Assembly: GCA_030390025.1 (NCBI GenBank)
Contig: CM059432.1
Span: 134,604,001-134,668,000 of the forward strand
Length of the DNA: 64,000 bases
Direction of reading: 5' to 3'
Source: Squalus acanthias
Taxonomy: Eukaryota
Shown one piece after another: positions 25,762-38,539 of the stretch (its first letter is position 1; the number at the start of each line of letters is the position of its first letter). The notes under the pieces are model-generated. The model was given only the letters and a program-made list of their open reading frames with translations. It made no database searches and was not told the origin of the DNA. The position numbers and the translations under genes were made by a program.

Positions 25762-26238
25762 AGTGTCAGCTGTGGCTCAGCTGGTAGCACCCTCGCCTCT
25801 GAGTCAGAAGATTGTGGGTTCAAGTCCCACTCCAAAGTCTTGAACACAAAAATCTAAGCTGACACTCCAGTGCAGTACTGAGGGAGTGTTGCACTGTCGG
25901 AGGTGCCATCTTTTTGGATGCGATGTTAAACCGAGGTCCCGTCTGCTCTCTCAGGTGGATGTAAAAGATCCCATGGCACTATTTCGAAGAACAGCAGGGG
26001 AGTTATCCCTGGTGTCTTGGCCAATATTTACCTCTCAGTCAACACCACCAAAACAGAATATCCGGTCATGATCACATTGCAGCTTGTGGAAGCTTGCTGT
26101 GCGCAAATTGGCTGCCATGTTTCCCACATTACAACAGTGACTACACTTCAAAAAGTACTTCATAGGCTGTAAAGCGCTTTGGGACGTCCGGTGGTTGTGA
26201 ATGGCGCTGTATAAATGCAAGTCTGTCTTTCTTCTTTC
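25762..26238 (+). mobile_element. Deu-domain SINE, full length
   Basis: A/B boxes, Deu core, L2-like tail. Confidence 0.9.
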
Positions 26239-27959
26239 TATTTAACAGGTTCGTATTGAATGATATGTGGAAGTTGCCTTACTTGCAAGTATTTCTCCCT
26301 ATCTCAAGTTCAAGGTTGACCAATGTCAACCCAATGTAGTGATGTGGCGGAGCTCAAATTATAATCAATAATAAAACTGGGGGGGGGGGGGGGCAGTTCT
26401 GAAGAGTCCCATCCTAAATGCTAACTTGTTTTTTTGGGAGGTAAAAATTGGGTAGCGCCCCGAAAAAGTTAGCCCTCTTAGGGCGCTAACAGGAGGCGCA
26501 AATCAACCGAATTTCGCCCCCTATATCTTTTAGCTACTGATAACCTGCTGTGCATTTGCATGTTTTTCTTTTTATCTCCACTATCTGGAAAAAAAAAAGT
26601 GAGGAAGCGAAACAATTCATGCCTAGCCTCATTTGACAACACAGTGCACATTTATATGCCATTTATATGTGGTCTTAAGTCATTGCAGTCAAATGGAAGC
26701 TTCTATATAGGCAGGCACAACAAAATGAGATTTGGAATTTGTATTTCCACAAGCAGCAATTATCATGTGGTGATTTATACATTGATAGCTGTTTTTTCTA
26801 ATCAGCGAAACATTTTTTTTGTACCATCAAAGCTGTACTTTACATTTTATAGCAATAAGCAATAATGGAGCAGCAATATCAACAAACAGATCAACACTGT
26901 ATTGGTTTGCTGCTGAGTATCAAACCGAGCATTTTTTTGTCCTCTCCATTAAAGAAATATTAGGCAAGTGCGAAAGGGATTTAATAACTTTATTTTTGCC
27001 CCAATTATATTACATTAGATTGTTTTTTGTGCTCCTTAAGATGACTAATATCAGTGTTGGGGAATAGAATATTTTTTCACATCAGCCATACTTGTGATCT
27101 CCTTGACTGAAATTGCCAATTCAGTGATGAATTGTTGGGATGTTTCATGCTGTTGATTTGCATCCACAAAGAACTGGCTTGAAGCTATCCAAATTCACTT
27201 CACTTTGGAGCCCCATCAGCCAGTAAAGTGGATACTTTTAATCCTCAATTCCGAGTCAGATTTAAACCCACATCCTAGAGATGAGAGGTCAATGAGATAA
27301 CCCAGCTGTCTGACTGAATCCCCCATAATTATCTCTGGATTCCGCCTGGCCTGTAGCAGATGAACTCACTATTTTCCTGATGTAATTTTCATACATTTAC
27401 TCACAAAGAGCAATAGACGTAAACTGCTCAAACGGAAGGGTAAGGAACTGACTAAAAGTCTCATAATGCCTGAAGCTGGAAGTGACAGCATTTTACCGTA
27501 GGGCTTAACTAAACTCAATTATTGGTGTTACAATCCCCCCCTGGGCTGTTTACAATAAAAAAAAGGAATCCTTTTTAGAATAGGACATAGACCATAAGTC
27601 TGCAATTTGCAGAACGGAGCACATCTCCGTTTTGTGGCTCACTGAATCAAGTAGTGGTGCAAAAGACGAGAATGGCCATCCTACAGTTGATTCACTTGGC
27701 AAAGGGAGAAAGCGGTGTGGGAGGGATAGGGGCAGAAGCAATGTTCCAGAGCTGGCAACTGATTGGATGCGGGGGTCACCAGGGTCAAAAAGGGAGTCGG
27801 GGGGGGGGGGGGGGGGGGGGGCAAAGATACAAAGGTGCTAGTGGAAGCTTCAATTGAGCTACAGGAAACGTGAATTCACCCAGGAGCTGAAGTGTTGTTG
27901 ATAATGCGTAATCGTCTAAAAGCTGTGTGGAAAGTGTAAAGCGCGTCCCAATGCAATAT

Positions 27960-28115
27960 AAAAGCAAAATACTGCGGATGCTGGAAATCTGAAATAAAAA
28001 CAGAAAATGCTGGAAATACTCAGCAGGTCAGGCAGCATCTGTGGAGAGAGAAACAGAGTTAACGTTTCAGGTCGATGACCTTTCGTCAGAACTGGAAAAT
28101 GTTACAGATGTAACC
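27960..28115 (-). mobile_element. Penelope-like terminal fragment with hammerhead motif (28057-28093)
   Basis: Reverse complement AGTT-CTGACGA-A-AGGTC-ATC-GACCT-GAAA-CGTT-AACT. Confidence 0.8.
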
Positions 28116-30081
28116 AATAAAGTTGTTGCATAAATCTGGAGCACATTCCTTGTGTGACTTTATGGCCTCTTCTGTCAAGTTACTACCCGAGTCATCTCTT
28201 CTGCTACTCCATATAAACCCTTATTTCCTCTTTTTTCTTCCTTTCCCAACCTTATAAGAACATAAGAAATAGGAGCAGGAGTAGGCCATTTGGCCCCTCG
28301 AGCTTGCTCCGCCATTTAATGAGATCATGGCTGATCTTCTACCTCAACTCCACTTTCCTGCACTATCCCCATATCCCTTGATTCCCTTAGTATCCAGAAA
28401 TCTATCGATCTCTGTCTTGAATATACTCAACGACTGAGTCTCCACAGCCCTCTGGGGTAGAGAATCCCAAAGATTCACCACCCTCTGAGTGAAGACATTT
28501 CTCCTCATCTCAGTCCTAAATGGCCGACCCCTTATTCTGAGACTGTGACCCCTGGTTCTAGATTCCCCAGCCAGGGGAAACATCCTCCCTGCATCTACCC
28601 TGTCAAGCCCTGTAAGAATTTTGTATGTTTCAATGAGATCACACCTCATTCTTCTAAACTCTAGAGAATAGAGGCCTAGTCTACTCAATCTCTCCTCATA
28701 GGACAATCCCCCCATCCCAGGAACCAGTCTGGTGAACCTTTGTTACACTCAAGTATATCCTTCCTTAGCTAAGGAGACCAAAACTGTACACAATACTCCA
28801 GATGTGGTCTCACCAGGGCCCTATATAATTACAGTAAGATGTCTTTACTCTTATACTAAAATCCTCTTGTAATAAAGGCCAACATACTATTTGCTTTCCT
28901 AATTGCTTGCTGTATCTGCATGTTAATTTTCAGTGATTCGTGTACAAGGACACCCAGGTCCCTCTGAACACCAACATTTCCCAATCTCGCACCATTTAAA
29001 AAATACTCTGCTTTTCTATTTTTCCTACCAAAGTGGACAACTTCACATTTCTCCACATTATATTCCATTTGCCATGTTGTTGCCCACTCACTTAGCCTGT
29101 CTATATCCCCTTGAAGCCTCCTTGCATTCTCCTCACAACTTAAATTCCCACCCAGCTTTGTATCATCAGCAAACTTGGATATATTAGATTTGGTCCCCTC
29201 ATCCAAATCATTGATCTAGATTGTGAATAGCTGAGGCCCAAGCACTGATCCTTGTGGTACCCCACTAGTTACAGCCTGCCAACCTGAAAATGACCTGTTT
29301 ATTCCTACTCTCTGTTTTTTGTCCGTTAACCAATCCTCAATCCATGCTAGTATATTACCCCCAATCCCATGAGCCCTAATTTTGTTTAATAACCTCTTGT
29401 GTGGCACCTTATTGAATGCCTTTTGAAAATCCAAATACAGCACATCCACTGGTTCCCTCTTATCTATTCTGCTAGTTAAAATCTCAAAAAACTCCAGTAG
29501 ATTTGACAAACATGATTTTCCTTTCATAAATCCGTGTTGACTCTGCCCAATCCTATTATTATTTTCTAAGTGCCCTGTTACCACGTCCTTAATAATAGAT
29601 TCTAGTATTTTCTCTACTACTGATGTCAGGCTAACTGGTCTATAGTTCCCCGTTTTCTCTCTCCCTCCTTTCTTAAATAGTGGGGTTACATTTGCTACCT
29701 TCCAATCCGCGGGAACCGTTCTAGAATCTATGGAATTTTGGAAAATGACAACCAATGCATCCACTATCTCTATAGCCACCTTTCAAAACCCTAGGATGTA
29801 GGCCATCAGGTCCAAGGGATTTATCGGCTTTCAGTCCCATTAGTTTCTCCAGTACTATTTTTTTTTACTAATACTAATTTCTTTCAGTTCCTCATTCTCG
29901 CTAGACCCTTGGTTCTCCACTATTTCCAGTAAGTTTTTTGCGTCCTCTTCTATGAAGACAGACGCAAAATATTTGTTTAATTTCTCTGCCATTTCCTTAT
30001 TCCCCATTCTAATTTCTCCTGTCTCAGCCTGTAAGGGACCCACATTTACTTTCGCTAATCTTTTCCTTTTTACATACCTAT

Positions 30082-31566
30082 TGTAGGAAAGGCTGATATT
30101 TAAAGATATTTAGTAGACGAGAATCATATATGTATAACTTCAAGTGTAGCAATTGACCAAATAATATTACCCATAATTACTCCTGGGTCACTAAAAAGCT
30201 AAGACTTGTTCAGAATGCAGCTGCGCGGACAGTCAAAAGCAGTTTTGACTAAGCTTTAATAACAAGCAGCCACAGGCTGCTTGTGAAGGTCAAATCATTA
30301 AATAACATACTATAATGCTAAGTAGAACTTAGATTTCACTTAACAAAACTAATTGCAACAAAGGCCCGAAAATTAGACCTAATACGCGAGAGTACGCACT
30401 GTGTACTCTCGCGTTTTAGGTCTCCAATTGCCGGTTTCCAGCATGCACTGCGCATGCGCGGGAAACCGGCACTTCGTGAATTCAAAAGGGGGCGGTTCCT
30501 AAGTGAACTGCGTGCGCGCTACAGGCTGCGCGCACGCAGTGCACTTAGTTATTTTTGCAGCTATGAACGCGCAGGTAAGCATGGAAGATTTTACACAAAG
30601 AAAGGAGGCGTAAGACCCTCTTTTAACAAGGTAAGTAGTTAATTAAGTATTATTTTAAATTTTTTTCAACAGGTTTATCTTTTTTAGAGACTTTAAAGAA
30701 AGGTAAGTTTATTTTTATAACTTTTAAAAAGATTTTAAAATTTTTCAAAAATTTAACTTTTTGTTTAAAGTGGTTAATTTATTTAACTATACTTATTTTA
30801 TTAATGTGATGGCTTTTTAAAAAAAATTTAATTGAGGTTTAGCTGTTCTTTTGGGGGTGTGTAGGATTCATAGCTTTGACAGCCCTTGCTGTTAAAACTA
30901 TGAATGAAAGATGGTGTGCTGCCATTGGCTCTAACTGAATCACGTGATCCCAGAGCTCGCACGAACTAATTGCGTCTCTGGGTCACGCAAGCACTGCACA
31001 GCTGCATGTGGGACTGGCCTTGAAACTAAAGTTCGTGTGGGCCCGGAGGAAAAAGGTAGGCGCGGAGTGAGATATCGCGGGGAAGCCTTACCCCAGCGTG
31101 AACACTCACTGTTTAATTTCTGGGCCAATATTTAAAGGATAATTAGTATAAGGACATAAAATGAGAGAGATCATGGAAGTTAAGGTATTTATCTGGTAGA
31201 TTAAAGAGAGATAGTCTGGATACCTCAAGACAAGTAAAACAGCACTGATATGGACCCTTGGTATAAAGGCCTTGTACCAGGGAGGCAGGAAATGAAAGAG
31301 ATATGGTAAATTCCAATGGGGTGAAAAACTATAAACAAGACAGCAGGATAGGGTTGACGGAAAAACACTGGGAAGGCGGGATGCTACCTTAGTCTGAGTG
31401 ACAATGGTATTTTGACCATTAGAACCAGTTAAAGAAGGTGATTTTGTTAAAGACCATATATGGACACTGGCCAAACGAACTGTTGATAAGGAAAGGGTTA
31501 AAACCTCGATACTCAAAGAACAACTTCACACGGAGATTTGCTGCGAAGAAAAGGAACAGATTTACA
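30082..31566. mobile_element. Putative solo LTR inserted in CR1 (contains a nested MITE)
   Basis: CR1 homology stops at 30081 and resumes at 31567; the insert begins TGTA and ends TACA; no clean TSD. Confidence 0.55.
30363..31126. mobile_element. Harbinger-type MITE (hairpin-array family, copy D, reversed)
   Basis: TIRs GGCCCGAAAATTA / TAATTTCTGGGCC; flanks aaa/aat; three tandem hairpins, AT-rich core, cacgtgatcccag motif. Confidence 0.8.
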
Positions 31567-34500
31567 ACTTACAGTCTGTTTTTACGTCTCTCGCTAGTTT
31601 ACTCTCATATTCTATTTTCCCTTTCTTTATCAATTTCTTTGTCCTCCTTTGCTGAATTCTAAAATCCTCCCAATCCTCAGGCTTACTACTCTTTTTGGCA
31701 ACATTATAAGCCTCTTCCTTTGATCTACTAATATCTTTAACTTCTCTTGTTAGCCACGGTTGGACCACTTTCCCTGTCGGGTTTTTGTGCCTTAAAAGAA
31801 TGTATATTTGTTGTAAATCAGGTATTAATTCCTGAATTGCTAGCCATTGCTTGTCCACCATCATACCTTTTAATGTAGTTTCCCAATCTACCTCATACCT
31901 ACGTAGTTTGCTTTGTTTAGATTTAAGACCCTAGTTTTGGATTTAACTAAAGCACTTTCAAACTCAATATAAAATTCTATCATATTATGGTTACTCTTCC
32001 ATAAAGGCCCCTTTACTAAAAGTTTATTAATTAACCCTTTCTCGTTGCCCAATACTAGATCTAAAATAGCATGTTCCCTAGTTGGTTCTTCAACATACTG
32101 ATCTAGAAAACTATCTTGCATACAATCCATGAATTCGTCCTCCACACTATTACTGCAAATTTGGTTTGCCCAGTCTATATGTAGATTAATGTCCCCAATG
32201 ATTACTGTATTACCCTTGTTACATGCGCCTCCAATTTCCTGATTTATACTCTGCCCTACATTACAACTACTGTTTGAGGGCCTATCAACAACTCCCACCA
32301 ATGTTCACTGCACTTGCTGTTTTGTAGCTCCGCCCAAACTGATTCTACTTCTTGATTTTCGGAGCTAAGATCCTGTCTCTTTACTGTCTTTATCCCCTCC
32401 TTTATTACCAGGGCTACCCCTCCTCCTTTTCCATTTTGCCTAGCTCTTCTAATAGTTAAGTATCCTGGAATATTTAGTTCCCAACCGTGGCCACTTTGCA
32501 ACCACGTCTCTGTCATGGCTATTAGATCAAACCTGTTAATTTCTATCTGCGCTATTAATTCATCTATTTTGTTGCGAATGCTTCGCGCAGATATAGTGCC
32601 TTTAGCTTTGACTTATTTCTATTTTTCCCCTGATGTCACCTCAGTCACTGATGCCTTATTGCCTTTGTTACTCTCTCTGTCCCTTCCTGACCCACTCTGC
32701 TTATTTTTACCCAAAACTCTACTCTGCTCTAGAGCCTTGACATTTCTCCCGCTGCTTTTAAATTTACTCTTTCCTGAATCCTTCCCCCACCCCCCCCTTC
32801 ATTAGTTTAAAGCCCTGTCTACTGCCCTAGTTATTCGGTTCGCCGGGACACTGTTCCCAGCCCGGTTTAAGTGGAGTCCGTCCCAACGGAACAGCTCCCT
32901 CTTTCCCCAGTACTGGTGCCAGTGCCCCATGAACTGAAACCCCTTCCTCCCACACCACTCTTTGAGCCACGCATTTAAACCTCTAATCTGTTTGTCCCTA
33001 TGTCAATTTGCGCGTGGCTCAGGCTCAGGTAACAATCCAGAGATTATTACCTTTGAGGTTCTGCTTTTTAATTTGGATCCTAGTTCCTCAAACTCCCTCA
33101 GCAGAACCTCATTCCTAGTTCTACCTATGTCATTGGATCCTACGTGGACCACGACAATTGGATCCTCCCCCTCCCACTCCAAGTTCTTCTCCAGCCGTGA
33201 GGAGATATCTTTAACCCTGGCAGGCAACACAACCTTCAGAACTCTTGGTCGCGACTGCAGAGAACAGTATCTATCCCCTGACTATACTGTCCCCTACCAC
33301 AAGTACATTCCCTTTCACTCCCCCCCCACTTGAATGGCCTCCTGCACCATGGTGCCATGGTCAGCTTACTCATCCATCCTGCAGGTTTTTCCCTCATCCA
33401 CACAGGCAGCAAGAACCTTATAACTGTTGGACAAGGGCAAAGGCTGAGGCTTCTCCAGCACTGCACCTGGGATCCCCTTACCTGCCAGAGTTACAGTCAC
33501 ACCCTCCTGTCCCTGACCACTAACCAGACCTGTATCACTACCTAACCTAAGGGGTGTGACTGCCTCCTGGATCAAAGTGTCCAGGTAACTCTCCCCCTCC
33601 GTGATGCCCCGCAACGTCTGCACCTCAGACTTTAGCTCAAAAACTCAGAGCTGAAGTTCCTCAAGATGCAGGCACCTACTGCAAACATGGTTGTCCAGGA
33701 TCACAATGCTCTCCACAAACTCCCACATGCTGCAGTTGCAGCACACCACCTGCACTGCCATCCCTATATGACCTTGTTTTATTTAATTACATTTAATTAA
33801 ATTTGTATTTAGGTAACTTCGTTTACAGTGTAGTTTCTGGACGACTTACTTGATCTAGATTAAGTTAAGGGTACTGAAATTAAATATCTACCTGTAACAC
33901 AAAGCACTACAAGTAGTGTAGGCAAAAAACAACAACTCCTTCCCCCTCTTACCAGAAATTCCCACTCTTCCCAAATAAAACACTCTGTTCAAGTCCACTC
34001 TGTTTAATCCCGCTCTGTGCAGTTGAAAATATTTCAACTCCCAATTTAACCCAGTTCATTCTATGATATTTGTATAACAATTCCATTATCAATTGTGAAA
34101 ATTTATGTAAACATATTTAACTATTGTTTTCTTACAGCCAGTATGAAAACTGCTGTAATTTATTGACTGACCATAATCTTGCTTATTCAGTATCAACAGT
34201 TGTGGTAATGTTATAATCTTATATGTATAATCTATATTATAATCTTTCAATTCATAGTTTCTTATTTGAGTATATTAAAATTCAGTGCATTGTTTGGCTA
34301 CAATATTTAATATTGGCCAATATATTTTTGTTATAGGCAATGTTTTCTCAACAGAATTTTACAATGTTACATAAAATTAATTCTTCTCCTCTCTTGCCTA
34401 CTCCTTTCACATTTAATTAATTGCGAGAGGTTCGACTCCCACTGGAATTGCTAAGCCAATATTAGATGTGTACTACTGGAGGCACAATATAATGTATTAC

Positions 34501-36082
34501 CTGTTATAAAATTTGAGTTAGCCAAAATATCGAAGGATTTGGAGCACTCTCCTCCCTTCATCACCTCTTCTCACATTCCCTTTTGAAGTAGTTTTTCATG
34601 CTACTTTGTAGTGTCTCCTAAGTGTCCTAATGAAAAGGAGTCTTAACTTAAAAATACTATATACACTCACACAATAAGGTGGGCTTCATTTCTGCAAGCT
34701 TACTCACTTCCGCAGTGATTAAAAAGTGTAAATATTTCTCGAGACTATTTAATACTCTCCCATTTACAAATCTGCATAGCAGTGAAATATCAGAGTTACA
34801 CTGAACATCCATCTAGTCCAGGCACAAGTGGACGCATCAATTTTGTATTTTAAATGACATCCTGATTTCTCAGACCAAACCCAACTCTGACAGGCAACCA
34901 GTTTCTCGAGAGCTTGTTTATAAATAAATATCTGAAGATCTCTGCGGGCAATCATTCTCGAGTTATTTCACTTCTCCCATCTCTTTATTAATATTAAAGA
35001 TGACTCTGCTGCCATCCTGAGTTTTATCAGGCCAAACCTAACCATGAAACAGTAGAAGCCTATCTATCTTGTTGAGAGTTCGTCCATGAAACCTGAAGAC
35101 TCTCAAAATCGTTCTAGAATTATTTTGCTTCCGACCATTTTGACAACAATATGGACAGATGGCGTTGATTCAGTTTCTTATAACCTTGGGGGTGAATTTC
35201 CTCAGGCTCCTCCCACTCCGCCGCAAATTCGGCAGAAACCCCTTTTCTGCCGAAGTTAAGGCTGCGGAGTTGTGAGAAGCCCCTTATCTTTAAGGTTAGC
35301 TGCTGAGGCCACATTTGCAGCGCTAATTCATCTGCATTTGTGACACGTGAACCTGTCATGTTGTTTCCTTCACCCAGATTCCTTTACACAACAGCCCATC
35401 ATTTTCCATACAATCTTTTGTTTCTTTCATCTATTGTAGTGTGATCTACTGTCAATCGTTGCTAAGATAGCCTGCTGAACTCTTTGTCTTCTGAATGCAC
35501 AATTGTAGTCTTTTTTTTTTCCTCCTCCAATTTCCTAGAGAAAAATGTTTTCAATCTCAATTCTTAAGAAAAAAAAATCTTGAAGCCACAATGTCAAATA
35601 CATCACTCCCATCACCTCAAATGATCGTGGTTGTAATTCTGCTCTGTATGACAAAACATGCAATACTGCAATATATAGTTTCACTTTCAGGTTTCCATCT
35701 CATCTTGGCTGTGTGTTCTTGCTTCATAGTTTCAGCCACTTATTTAAATGTAGCATTGAAAAACTCTTGCAGTACTAAGTGGCTGAAAATTATGTTTGCA
35801 CAATCTACTTAAGTGTTGTTGGCATAATTTACGAGTTAATTTGATACGTGTTGCCACCATTTAAAAAAAACCCACATTTTCTTAATTCAATTGCTTTAGA
35901 TGGTCTCGGAAACCCTCATTTATCTTTTAGTTGAAATATTTTGATATCCAATAATCTGTTTCGAGAGAGCTGTCAATCAGAGGCATTCAGGCAAGAACTC
36001 GGTTTTATGTTGAGAAAGCAAGCTGCTCTCAAGCAGAGTTGACTGTGATAGTGCGAGCAGTCAGTTACTCAAAACCATATCT

Positions 36083-36578
36083 ACAAGGCACAAGTCAGGA
36101 GTGTAATGGAATACTCTCCATTTGCCTGGATGAGTGCAGCTCCAACAACACTCAAGAAGCTCGACATCATCCAGGACAAAGCAGCCCGCTTGATTGGCAC
36201 CTCATCCACCACCTTAAACCATCTACAAGATGCACTGCAGCAACTCGCCAAGGCTTCTTCGGCAGCACCTCCCAAACCCGCGACCTCTTCCACCTAGAAG
36301 GACAATGGCAGCAGGCGCATGGGAACACCACCACCTCCAAGTTCCCCTCCAAGTCACACACAATCCTGACATGGAACTGTATCGCTGTTCCTTCATCGTC
36401 GCTGGGTCAAAATCCTGGAAGTCGCTCCCTAACAGCACTGTGGGTGGACCTTCACCACACAGACTGCAGCGGTTCAAGAAGGCGGCTCACCACCACCTTC
36501 TCAAGGGCGATTAGGGATGGGCAATAAATGCTGGCCTTGCCAGCGACGCCCACATCCCATGAACGAATATAAAAAAAA
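36083..36578 (+). mobile_element. CR1/L2-group LINE 3' end (second family)
   Basis: MEYSPFAWMSAAPTTLKKLDIIQDKAARLI; A-rich end; related reversed copy near 62855. Confidence 0.8.
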
Positions 36579-37361
36579 TATCAGTTTACGTGTGGGATAA
36601 CTGATATGTGGTTCTCGGTGGGTGTTGATGGTGGGCTTGGGGAGAGTTACTTACACGGGCGACCACACTCTGGTGATTTCCCATTTTTCAACTACTGCCC
36701 AATTGCATTAAGTTGCGAGAAGATGGCCTTCTCTTTTCTCAGAAGGGAAATTGCATTGTTCTATATAACTACCCTTGTATTTTACTAATCAGGACAACCG
36801 CTGCAAATATTCTGAGTGGCAGAATGACGTGATATCTGACCATTTAAACCTTCCCTTAAAATAGCTCTGCAGTCAGTAAGAATAAGTCATACTTAGCATA
36901 TTTAGAGTAAATAAAACACCCTTGAATTTCAATTATAATACACCTATATGCCACTGAGAAATACATTTTCTAATTCCATATTGTCCGCTTCAGAACAACA
37001 GGGCAGGTCATAAAACCTATATTTTGAAAAGAACACTACTTCAGACGAAATCTGCAGAAAGCCCCTGAAAGCTTATGAATATGAAAATAATTTTCTTTTC
37101 CAAGAACCCAGCAAATATATGTATGACAATCCTTGGAACCACTCACTCTTTGATAAAGTAGGTGGAAAAGCTATACAAACACAAATTTTATCCAATTTCA
37201 TGTGAAATTTTATATCAGAGCTGAGCTGAGGACATCTTGCAAGCTTGGAGCAGAGATAAAACCTCCGCCACTTCTGTGCACTACAAGAAGTTCAATTTTA
37301 ATGATTTCACACCTCAGAAAATACACACACAGGTTAATCAGAGATTGTGCAGTTATTGGAG

Positions 37362-37540
37362 AACTGATTATCAGGTCACTATCACATTGCTGTTTGTGGG
37401 AGCTTGCTGTGCGCACACTTGGCTGCAACCTTTCCTACATTACAACAGTGACGACACTTCAAAAGCACTTCATTGGCTGTAAAGCGCTTTGGGACATCTT
37501 GAGCTCGAAAATGCGCTGTTTAAATGCAAGTCTTTCTTTT
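37362..37540 (+). mobile_element. Deu-domain SINE 3' half
   Basis: atcacattgctgtttgtgggagcttgctgtgcgc...aaatgcaagtctttc. Confidence 0.8.
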
Positions 37541-37639
37541 ATTTTTAAACTGTGCAGTTTTTGGAGCCCTGCTATAGTATTGGCCTCCACAATGCTTTTT
37601 CTAGAGTACAACTCGGGGAAAGGAATTAAAAAAAAGCAA

Positions 37640-38539
37640 AATAACAACAGAAAACGCTGGAAAAACTCAGCGTGCCAGGCAGCATCCGTGGAGAGAGAAA
37701 GAGAGTTAACGTTTCAGGTCGATGACCTTTCGTCAGAACTGGGAAGAGCCGGAAATCAAATAGATTTAAGGCCAGGGTAAAGCTGGGAAAAGGGGGAGGG
37801 GATATAGGAACAAAGGGGGAGATGAAGAGACATTAAGAGACATTAAGAGATATGCAAGGCTAGAGGTGGTGTTAAGATTAAGGCTGAAAGAAGTGTGAAA
37901 TCCACTGGCAGAATGAAGGACAGCTGCCAGCTTCTAGGAGGAAAAAAAAAGGTGGGGGGGGGGGGCAAATAAAAGGGTGGAAAAAATAAAATATAAATGT
38001 GATTGGAGCTGAGGTTATGATCTAAAATTGTTGAACTCGATATTGAGTCCAGAGGGCTGTAGCGTGCCTAAACGAAAGATGAGGTGCTGTTCCTCGAGCT
38101 TACGCTGCGCTTCCGTGGAACAGTGTAATAGGCCGAGGACGGTGAGGTCAGAGTGGGAGTGAAGCGGTGAATTAAAGTGACAGGCCACCGGGAGCTCGGG
38201 GTCCCCCTTACGGACTGAACGGAGGTGTTCCGCAAAGCGGTCACCCAATCTGCGTTTGGTCTCCCCAATGTAGAGGAGACCACATCGTGAGCAGCGAATA
38301 CAGTATACTAAATTGCAGGAAGTACAAGTAAATCGCTGTTTCACCTGGAAGGGGTGTTTGGGGCCCTGGACAGTGGGAAGAGGGGAAGTATAAGGGCATG
38401 TGTTGCATCTCCTGCGCGAGCACGGGAAGGTGCCGGGCGAAGGGGAAGGGGTGCTGGGGGTGGTAGAGGAGTGGACTAGGGTGTCGCGGAGGGAGCGGTC
38501 CCTGCGGAATGCTGAAAGGGGAGGTGAGGGGAAGATGTG
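37640..38539 (-). mobile_element. 5'-truncated Penelope-like retroelement (Neptune-type) with hammerhead at 37704-37740
   Basis: GIY-YIG ORF plus 3' terminal repeat; flanked by ttaaaaaaa(a)gcaa on both sides (probable TSD). Confidence 0.92.
38015..38539 (-). CDS. Penelope-like Cys-rich linker and GIY-YIG endonuclease (partial)
   Basis: Open throughout: ...AFRRDRSLRDTLVHS...FPCSRRRCNTCP...FTCTSCNLVYCIRCSRCGLLYIGETKRRLGDRFAEH...VACHFN...LGTLQPSGLN. Confidence 0.9.
   Translation of the reverse strand, partial: HIFPSPPLSAFRRDRSLRDTLVHSSTTPSTPSPSPGTFPCSRRRCNTCPYTSPLPTVQGPKHPFQVKQRFTCTSCNLVYCIRCSRCGLLYIGETKRRLGDRFAEHLRSVRKGDPELPVACHFNSPLHSHSDLTVLGLLHCSTEAQRKLEEQHLIFRLGTLQPSGLNIEFNNFRS

Larger units (their letters stand above)
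28255..34020 (-). mobile_element. Near full-length CR1 LINE (ORF1 zinc finger + SGNH esterase; ORF2 APE endonuclease + RT), degenerate, interrupted at 30082-31566
   Basis: MAVQVVCCNCSMWEF..VCSRC near 33760; VVVHVGSNDIGR; TETWL, IIGDIN, SNHNMIEF; RT ORFs 28856-29779; 3' tail at 28255. Confidence 0.95.

Noticed and set aside
37202..37780. 192-aa ORF
   Set aside because: Composite of SINE and antisense Penelope sequence.
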